Positions 1 through 7,700 of a stretch of DNA of 20,000 nt are shown here, piece by piece. The notes under the pieces were generated by a model. It was not told where the DNA came from. It saw only the letters and a program-made list of their open reading frames with translations, and searched no databases. Origin of the DNA: an uncultured virus (IMG/VR IMGVR_UViG_3300025697_003303) (Duplodnaviria; Heunggongvirae; Uroviricota; Caudoviricetes). The position numbers and the translations under genes are program-made. The stretch lies in IMG/VR virus record IMGVR_UViG_3300025697_003303; one strand, given 5' to 3'. How positions within the stretch are numbered: position 1 is the stretch's first letter; each line of letters opens with the position of its first letter.

Positions 1-34
1 TATTAGTTATGATTAAAGATATTTCGTTAGACAT
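1..34 (-). CDS. 5' end of a gene running off the left edge (MSNEISLIITN...)
   Basis: ATG at 34-32, 2 nt after the TAA of 37..237; the frame is open to position 1. Only 11 codons are visible. Confidence 0.45.
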   Translation of the reverse strand, partial: MSNEISLIITN

Positions 35-36
35 AC

Positions 37-237
37 TTATGAATTGTTTCTATTCTTGTTTTTTCTAGAGTTCTTCGGTTCCCAGAGTTTTTTAACTTCA
101 TCTTCGCTCTCAGGGAGTTCTGGTGATTCAAACAATACATGACCTTGTTGACCTACATCTCTGCTCTTCCAGAAATTAGGGTACATATCCCAGCTTCCAG
201 CCAGTTTAATATATTCACTTGTCTTTATTATTCTCAT
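37..237 (-). CDS. Small hypothetical protein (66 aa) with basic C-terminal tail
   Basis: ORF track; co-oriented with neighbours; overlaps the 3' end of 215..394. Confidence 0.7.
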   Translation of the reverse strand: MRIIKTSEYIKLAGSWDMYPNFWKSRDVGQQGHVLFESPELPESEDEVKKLWEPKNSRKNKNRNNS

Positions 238-394
238 TTTCTTCTAATAGATTAACCAATTTTTCAAGGTTATCATAAACTCCTTGAAACTTTTTATCTG
301 CTGGAATTTCCTTTCCATCGACAAGGAGTCTTCTAGCAACATTGAATTTTTCAATTATTTTACGTAAAATTTGTGCTGTTTCTGCGTTTTCCAT
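215..394 (-). CDS. Small hypothetical protein (59 aa), absent from the ORF track: MENAETAQILRKIIEKFNVARRLLVDGKEIPADKKFQGVYDNLEKLVNLLEENENNKDK
   Basis: Hand translation: ATG at 394-392, TGA at 217-215, purine-rich GAGGAAGGA just upstream; fills the gap between 407..1480 and 37..237. Confidence 0.75.
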   Translation of the reverse strand: MENAETAQILRKIIEKFNVARRLLVDGKEIPADKKFQGVYDNLEKLVNLLEENENNKDK

Positions 395-406
395 ATTTCC
401 TTCCTC

Positions 407-1480
407 TTACCATACTCGATCAGAACCTAGATTCTTTTCTATTATGGTATTATTTTCTTCTTTTGTATTTTCGCCAGATCTTACTCTGAGCATAGACTCA
501 TATGTAACTCCATCTCTACCAGCCTTTTTTTGTTCTACTTCAATCTTATCTTGGATCTCTTGGAACCAAGGGTTCAATCCTTTATAAACAGACCAATCCG
601 TTACTCTGGATGGTTCTAACATTTTTTCAATTAATCCAAAGAACCAAAACGAGTTAGTTAGATTATTCATAAATTGAGCCTCTTTAATCATACTCTCGCT
701 ATTAGCTTTTTTAGTTGAGTCAACAACTAAATGTTCTATTTTATTTTCTATGCCAACATAAGTTAAAAGTATCATTAAGAAGTCATTGACTTTCTTATCG
801 TCACCATATACTAATTTCATTGCTCCACAAATCTTAGACTGCAACTCTGATGACATCATTTCTTTTATAATTTTATAAGCATTTAAATCATGTGCTTTTA
901 AAGCAGCGATAAAAAGAAAAGCATCTCTTACTGGTTTGTACTCTATACATCCGTTTAGACCAATAAAACTATTCTCAATATCTAGAATTTCTTTGTCAAG
1001 ATATTCAGCGATATCACAAGCAGATGTATCTTCTACGACTGCGATAGCTATATTATCAAGTTGGACTTCATACGCTGTACAAATGATATCTTTCATTAAT
1101 AGCCAAACGACAGGAAACTGATACAATCTCAATACAAATTCTTCATCATTTTTGAAACAATCTAATGAGCCTTCATCGTTACATAGAAACAATAAAAATG
1201 CTCTCCAAAGATCAAGAACTCTTTCTAGCTCGGTGTGATCCATGATTAAGCTGCTGCCGCAAATCTGCTCGAAATGAGTGAAGTATATCAATACTATTTT
1301 ACTATTTATATCAAACCAGTTCTTAGCATCTGATACGCAGATAGAACCATTAGAAAGGACATCTCCCATTTGTCCATCTTCTGTAAATCTTATATTAAGA
1401 TCCACGAATGGGCATCCAGCACCTTCACATGCTGATTCTATAAGAAACTTAGACAACTTATAATCACTTATCTTTCGCAC
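407..1480 (-). CDS. Hypothetical protein (357 aa), possible internal duplication
   Basis: Long ORF with GTG start overlapping the end of 1464..1961; no confidently recognisable family motif. Confidence 0.85.
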   Translation of the reverse strand: MRKISDYKLSKFLIESACEGAGCPFVDLNIRFTEDGQMGDVLSNGSICVSDAKNWFDINSKIVLIYFTHFEQICGSSLIMDHTELERVLDLWRAFLLFLCNDEGSLDCFKNDEEFVLRLYQFPVVWLLMKDIICTAYEVQLDNIAIAVVEDTSACDIAEYLDKEILDIENSFIGLNGCIEYKPVRDAFLFIAALKAHDLNAYKIIKEMMSSELQSKICGAMKLVYGDDKKVNDFLMILLTYVGIENKIEHLVVDSTKKANSESMIKEAQFMNNLTNSFWFFGLIEKMLEPSRVTDWSVYKGLNPWFQEIQDKIEVEQKKAGRDGVTYESMLRVRSGENTKEENNTIIEKNLGSDRVW

Positions 1481-1961
1481 TATCTTTGGTGTACCTTTCC
1501 ATGTCTTCGCTGGAGATACCAGCTTTTTCCATTATGTCTGCCCAACTTTTACAATCTTTCATCATATTATTAAAATTATCAACTTCTTTTTGAGAGATAC
1601 CGCTCTTTATGTTTTTTTTGACACTCTCTTTGATATTATCTTGTTTTTCTTGTTTTTCTTCTATAAATTCTAAAGCGTCTTCATCGCTACTTAACGCTCC
1701 ATACTTCTGTAGCATATCTAACACAAATTCTTTAACATCACATTCGGTTATATCAAAACCATAAGTCTTGTGACAGTAATCGCATGTATGCTCCATAACA
1801 AGATACGAATTCCTATCTTTTTTCTCTTTTTCATCTTCATCTTCGTATTCTTTAACTCCGATGGCTACAATGGACTCTAATCTTATATTTTTTCCACAAT
1901 TAGGGCATTCCATCCCTATCTCTTTTATCTTGTCTTCTAACCATTGCGGTAAATCTATCAT
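1464..1961 (-). CDS. Putative zinc-ribbon protein (165 aa)
   Basis: CPNC and CDYC pairs; GGAG SD 7 nt upstream of the ATG. Confidence 0.8.
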   Translation of the reverse strand: MIDLPQWLEDKIKEIGMECPNCGKNIRLESIVAIGVKEYEDEDEKEKKDRNSYLVMEHTCDYCHKTYGFDITECDVKEFVLDMLQKYGALSSDEDALEFIEEKQEKQDNIKESVKKNIKSGISQKEVDNFNNMMKDCKSWADIMEKAGISSEDMERYTKDSAKDK

Positions 1962-1980
1962 AACAAAACTCCAACTTACT

Positions 1981-2008
1981 TATTCAACGAATAACTATAA
2001 ACTCCTTT
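1981..2008 (-). promoter_or_regulatory. Putative bipartite promoter AAAGGA-N16-TGAATA
   Basis: Intergenic; same layout at 12714..12742 and 17309..17336; no start codon at SD distance from the AAAGGA. Confidence 0.5.
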
Positions 2009-2014
2009 TATCTT

Positions 2015-3238
2015 CTACCTTCTATCTATATTAAGGTTGAGATCATAAGTCCAAGTAATACCTCTTTTATCGTGTATTCCAAACATTTTCTGTTCTGGCA
2101 TAGACGATTTTTGAAGATTTTTCAAAGAGAATATGTCGCCACCGACGAAACTCCCATTTAGAAGGACTTTACCATGATTTGTAGATAACTCCGCAGTACT
2201 ATGATAATGACCAGCTATAGTATAATCGGGAATATCTTTCAAGATACCTATCATTTTTTGCTCAAAATCTAACAAGCTTTTAGCGGGCCATGACATTCCT
2301 CTCATATCGTCTCCATGGACGACGAGGAACTTATGACTTCTTATTTTTTCAAATATCCACCATGTTTTAGGAACATTAAACTTAACTCTTGGATTATTTT
2401 TGAATCTGCCCATAAGGAACTGGTAACACATGAAATCCCAATTGACGTATTCTTTTTCTGAGCCTCGCTTACTAGCCCGCCCATGATTTCCGAACACACC
2501 ATAAAAATTAATCTCTTTAAAGATTTCTAACCAATGATCTATCATTTGAGCAAGAGCTTCAACGCCTTCAACGAACTGTTCAAATATAGGCATATTAATA
2601 TAGATAGGAGACCATGCTCCAACATCATTCATACCAGCAACAATATCTCCTAAACAAAATATATGAAGCGTATCTAAAGCATACAGTTTGGAATGAAGAT
2701 CAACAATATCAGTAGCAGCATATTTAAGATTCTCAACTCTCTGTTTAAAAATCTCTAAATTATACTCTCCTAATCCACCAGTTTCTTCCATAGAGAATTC
2801 CTGACCGATATGACAATCGCTAATAATAATTCCGACATCCTCTACATGATCTTTCTTCGCATGTTTACGCCTCGGTTTTCTGGGAGCAGGAACTTTTGGA
2901 AGAGCTTCTATCGCTCTAACTATTCTATCTCCTATAATATCTGCTTTTACTTTAGCAACGCCAATCCTCTTATCTCTAAGTTGCGTTAGTCTCTCAAGAT
3001 AAGCCTTCTTTAGTCCCTCTTTGATAGTATGTTTAGTTGTATCATAAAAAGGTTTATTAACCCAAATAGTATTTCTGTATTTTTTTTCGCAAGCACTAAC
3101 AGAACGATCAAATAGTTCTGAAGATATGATACGATACGGAATGCCATCTTCTCGCATACTATACAACATTATCTCTTCGTTTTCAGTCCAAGGTGCGGGT
3201 CTAATCTTACTCTTGCTCTTGCTTTTATTTTTACTCAT
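2015..3238 (-). CDS. Calcineurin-like metallophosphoesterase (possible nuclease) with N-terminal Myb/SANT-like helix-turn-helix
   Basis: Motifs DCH, LGDIV, GNHG, HGD and GHYH in the canonical order; N-terminal WTENEEIML...RSVSACEKKY. Start placed at ATG 3238 (ATGA overlap with the upstream stop, AAAGG upstream) rather than 3259. Confidence 0.85.
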   Translation of the reverse strand: MSKNKSKSKSKIRPAPWTENEEIMLYSMREDGIPYRIISSELFDRSVSACEKKYRNTIWVNKPFYDTTKHTIKEGLKKAYLERLTQLRDKRIGVAKVKADIIGDRIVRAIEALPKVPAPRKPRRKHAKKDHVEDVGIIISDCHIGQEFSMEETGGLGEYNLEIFKQRVENLKYAATDIVDLHSKLYALDTLHIFCLGDIVAGMNDVGAWSPIYINMPIFEQFVEGVEALAQMIDHWLEIFKEINFYGVFGNHGRASKRGSEKEYVNWDFMCYQFLMGRFKNNPRVKFNVPKTWWIFEKIRSHKFLVVHGDDMRGMSWPAKSLLDFEQKMIGILKDIPDYTIAGHYHSTAELSTNHGKVLLNGSFVGGDIFSLKNLQKSSMPEQKMFGIHDKRGITWTYDLNLNIDRR

Positions 3239-3945
3239 ATTAAACCTTTCTTTCTCCATCGATCTAACAATATTAGATGAGATTCTTTCATTTCTGAAGA
3301 TCTACCATAAGTCAGACCATTCCTATTAAGTCTATATTTTATCAAGGGAGTTTCCAATGTGCAGAAATTAAATCCAGAGAATAAGCATCTTCCCCAAAAT
3401 TCGAGATCATGAACGAGTTGAAAATCCTTATCTTTTGTATATTTTCCAATTTTAATAAAATCATCTCTTTTAAACATCGCAGAAGGATTTATTATCGGAT
3501 TCTTCCCGGACGCTATTGCATTTATCATACCTGAATTACTATTAGGAGGATGACTCCATTCCCTCATTCTTAGTCCATCCTCATTAACAATTATAGCGTA
3601 TCCTCCTACACAAAATAAACTTTTATCAGATTTTAACATTTTAACTTCTTGTTCTAAACGAGAAGGAAGACTGATATCATCTGCATCATGTATCGCAATA
3701 TACTCTCCCTCCGCTATATCTATTGAAAAATTAGAACGAAAAGGCACTCCCATATTTTCTTCATAACCCCAAAACTCTATTCTTTCGTCTTTAAAAGATC
3801 TGATAATTTCAGCAGTCCTATCTGTAGATCCATCGTTTATGATTATAAATTCAAAATCTTCATATGTCTGATTTAATATGGAGTTTATAGATTCTTCTAT
3901 AAATTTCTCACAATTATATACTGTAGTTATAACGCTGATTTTCAT
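3235..3945 (-). CDS. Glycosyltransferase family 2 (GT-A fold)
   Basis: MKISVITTVYN, IIINDGSTDRT, DADD (DxD), HDLEFW. Likely start is the ATG at 3945, where the GT2 domain begins. Confidence 0.92.
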   Translation of the reverse strand: MKISVITTVYNCEKFIEESINSILNQTYEDFEFIIINDGSTDRTAEIIRSFKDERIEFWGYEENMGVPFRSNFSIDIAEGEYIAIHDADDISLPSRLEQEVKMLKSDKSLFCVGGYAIIVNEDGLRMREWSHPPNSNSGMINAIASGKNPIINPSAMFKRDDFIKIGKYTKDKDFQLVHDLEFWGRCLFSGFNFCTLETPLIKYRLNRNGLTYGRSSEMKESHLILLDRWRKKGLI

Positions 3946-4678
3946 AAAGCAAACTCTCACTCATTTTTATTCTTTTATGAAATGGAGGACTATAGTTCTT
4001 CCATTTTTCTCTAAAATACTTTAAACTTTTACGAAAATTTTTATGTTTATCTTCTTGCGAAATTATTGACATTGTTTGATGAGGCTTATGCATGATTCTA
4101 GCGTATGGATTCCATCCAAGATGAAAGCCCCTTTTATGACATCTAAAATTAAAATCAGGGTCTTCAAAGTACATTGGGCTAAAATTAGTATCGAATAAAC
4201 CGATTTCTTCAACGACTCTCCTCCTAATAAGCATACCACCGGCTCCAACATAAGTATAATAGTCTGTTGGATTCTGTGCTATACGAAGAGGTCTAAAGTT
4301 TTCGCTCATCTCCCAAGCTTCTACGCCCAAGACATCATAAAGACCTTGCTTCATAAAAAAGAGATGTTGATCAAGCCACTCTTTCTCGACAAATTGATCA
4401 TTGTCTAAAAAGAGCAAGTAATCATATTCTAAATGTTTACTCTTTTCGTATCCAGTATTCCTACCATCAATGACGCCGCTATTATGATCTAAAGAAATGA
4501 TATGAACATTATCTCTATCTATTTTTTCTAAATACTCTTTCGTACCATCTGTTGACCCATTGTCTACGATAACCAAATGGTAATTCCCATAAGTATTGTC
4601 AAAAAATTGAGTTAGAAATTGTTTAGTAACATTAATTTTATTGTGCGTTAATACTATTATGCAAGTTGAATCAGAAAT
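3914..4678 (-). CDS. Glycosyltransferase family 2 (GT-A fold); start codon uncertain
   Basis: VIVDNGSTDGT, FLDND, YFEDPDF. The frame stays open upstream of the track's TTG (4576) and encodes the GT2 first strand (STCIIVLTHNK); candidate ATT start at 4678 or 4681 behind GGAGG. Confidence 0.88.
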   Translation of the reverse strand: MSDSTCIIVLTHNKINVTKQFLTQFFDNTYGNYHLVIVDNGSTDGTKEYLEKIDRDNVHIISLDHNSGVIDGRNTGYEKSKHLEYDYLLFLDNDQFVEKEWLDQHLFFMKQGLYDVLGVEAWEMSENFRPLRIAQNPTDYYTYVGAGGMLIRRRVVEEIGLFDTNFSPMYFEDPDFNFRCHKRGFHLGWNPYARIMHKPHQTMSIISQEDKHKNFRKSLKYFREKWKNYSPPFHKRIKMSESLLYENQRYNYSI

Positions 4679-4743
4679 AATGCCTCCATGAATATTATCG
4701 AACTTTTATAGGTTATGGCATTATAACATTTTCCCTAACCACA

Positions 4744-7700
4744 TTATACGCTGATATTAACAGATGCATTAAAGAACGAACACTCTCCAACGCCTCTCAG
4801 AGTGAAATCTCCGAGTACACCTTCGCTTGTTTCATCACAACACAATGTAGAATCAGAAATGTCTTTAAACCTATCATTCTCTAAGGTTACACATGTGCAT
4901 TCGTTAGGATCTGCACCAAAGACAGCAATGTCAGAAGATCTATCATAAATTTGAGCATAATAAGTTTGGTCTGTCTTACAATATATTACAATCAAAACAA
5001 CGTTAGCTGCGATTCTAGAGAACCACCATCCAACAAACCCAACAGTATCTAACGTAGCATCGTATGCATAAGTTCCTTGTACTCTCTCGTAGCAAGAATT
5101 CCCAGGGACAGAATCAATAAAAACTGAAGCTGTTGTTTGTGTAGGATCGTTACATGTAATCCATGGGAAGTCAGAGCAGACGTTCCCGCTAGTTGCTGTA
5201 GGAGTAGTCCCTTGTAAATAATCTTTAATACTTTTTTCCGTAGCAAACATCTCAGAAAATCCGTGGAAACTAATTTCTGTATTAACATCGCTGTTGTCAA
5301 TTCTAAACCCAGATCTTATTTTACTAGGATCTTGTATTCTAATAATATAATTATCATACATTTTTGTAGAGAACACTACCAATCCATCTCTAGGATGTAA
5401 CTCATAAGAACTAGATGATATCGTATTATTAGAAGAATCGAAGATAGTAACACTTGATTCGTAATCCCAACTTCCATATGTTGCCTTGAATTCATAATTA
5501 TCTACATTAACTAAAGATTCAGAACGAATACCTACAATATTTCTATTCCTTACTGGCAAGACTACTCCACCGCCTGCATTTGGGCGTGACGGCTTAGCTC
5601 CGCTATCAAAATCGTTCCAGTTATGAGATGCAGAAGTAGAGACCCCAAACTTTACTTCTCCTTCATCTGTAGAATCTAGAGTTGATACAACTTGTCGATT
5701 ATTGTCATCAACAGTATGCTCATTGACGAATAAATAATCTGTTTTTACAGCAGTATATGTTAATCCGAATCCCTCTATTAAAGGATGTCCCGTAGAAGAC
5801 CCATCATTCACTTCTTCATTTGTAGTTGTAAGACAACTTGTTATCTTCATGTCTAGTTTTACATATCTTACATCTAGATCAGAAAAACCAACATCAAAAC
5901 CAGGTTCAAAATAAATCGTATATGGAGAATAATCATAACCATCATCACTAGCAGACATTCTCCACTCTCCTGACGTATTCGCTGGTAATTCGAATAAAAC
6001 GTTCGCAGAATTAAGATTAACAACTTCTCCAAAATCAATAGTATAGATAGCAGATCCATAACCCAAAGAACCTTTAGTCTTCCCTGTCATTATGCAAACT
6101 AAATCATCCTCAAAAGAATCAGATACGATACTAAAACTTTGTCCACCAGTATGATATGACAATTTATCTAAAATAATAGAACCAGTCCTATCTATACTAG
6201 ACGAGATAACAGAAGGATTCTTCAATGACAAATTGCCAACGATAAGAGGAACCTCTTGATAGTTGTCTATATCATTAACAGCATCAATCGCTTCTTGATA
6301 ATTCTTCGTAGAAACATTTGGACTATTATCTGCAAAAGTATAGATAATCTTATCGTTGGCGTCATAACTCTGATCATTCAAAACAGTAGAAACAGTGTAC
6401 AATGAGTCATACAAAGGAGAAGACCCGAATGGAATTTCTTCAGATATAGTATCTATAATAGTTAAAGCTTCACTACTGACAACGGCTCCACTACTCGTAT
6501 GATCTATAACCGAAGGAACTGTCATATTACTAGACAAAATATCAGTTGAGACTGAATTGTTCTGGTAGAGAGGAGCAGATACGATCTTAAAAACATTATC
6601 GCTAAAAATAGATTTAAAATTAAGCGATGCAATTGTTATGTTAGAGGTGACAGGAACTATACAAGAAGGCGAAAGAGTAGCAGCCTCACTAGCGTCATTA
6701 ACTATAGAGACTAATGTCTGTCCATAATATGAAGTAAACCCGCCAGAAGCAGTACCAACAGTCTCTGGGACAAACCCATCCACTATAGTAGACTGAAGAA
6801 CTATTTTATATAGATTATTATCTAACCCTTCTGTAAATACCATCTCGTCAACGACTCCTTTAATCATATCGTCGGAACGAGGTTTCAAAGAGAATACAGA
6901 TTCTCCATCTATGACACTTATTTCATCTTCATCAAATAATACATTATATGGCAAAAAGCTTTCTGGGATCAATGTTATATCTTCTGCATCTGACAATTGT
7001 AAGTACCCTGCAAGCTTTACTGTCGCTAAAACATCAACATTACCGCCGTCATCAACAGCACTTACTTTAGCTCCTAAATACTGATTTCCGTTAAGAGACA
7101 TTCCATCTTCATATGGTTCAATAGATATCTTGAGAAAACCATTACCCTTTCCACTTTCTATCCCGCCTACATACATAACATGAGAATGACCATTATACGA
7201 AACAATCGCAGCAGCACCGCCATCCTTTGATTTGGTAGTATTACCTAATTCTAAAACATCATATGGGATATCACCGCCTATATTTTCAATAGATTCAAAC
7301 ATCTTAAGTGTTTCTGAATTAGAATTAAAACCGCCTATAGAATAAACTCTTCCTCCGTCAATAGCAGATGCAGAAAAACATCTAGGCTGCAACATATGAT
7401 TAAACTTATTATTAATGACATCAAGAGACCCAGAAGAAACATTATATGAAAAACCTGTAGCATAATATTCCAAAGAAGCATCTATTTTTTGAAAAGCTCC
7501 AGACAAAACAACTATATCATTACCATCAACAAATGACAAAGGAGAAATCCTACTATAAGTTTTAAACTCTGTCTCAGATATTGCGTCAGAATATCCCCAC
7601 TCATCGCTACTTATGTTATAATGAAGAATTCTATCATTGTAATCCACGAAAGATCCATTATCTGTTATATCTCTAATACCACTAACAATATATATCCTAT

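Noticed and set aside
2015..3238. Naming the metallophosphoesterase as archaeal PolD DP1, SbcD or Mre11
   Set aside because: Only superfamily-level motifs are visible, and no partner subunit (DP2, SbcC/Rad50) is present in the window.
4711..4740. Imperfect inverted repeat GGTTA...TAACC downstream of the 2642-aa gene
   Set aside because: Short, bulged stem with a large loop and no U-tract.
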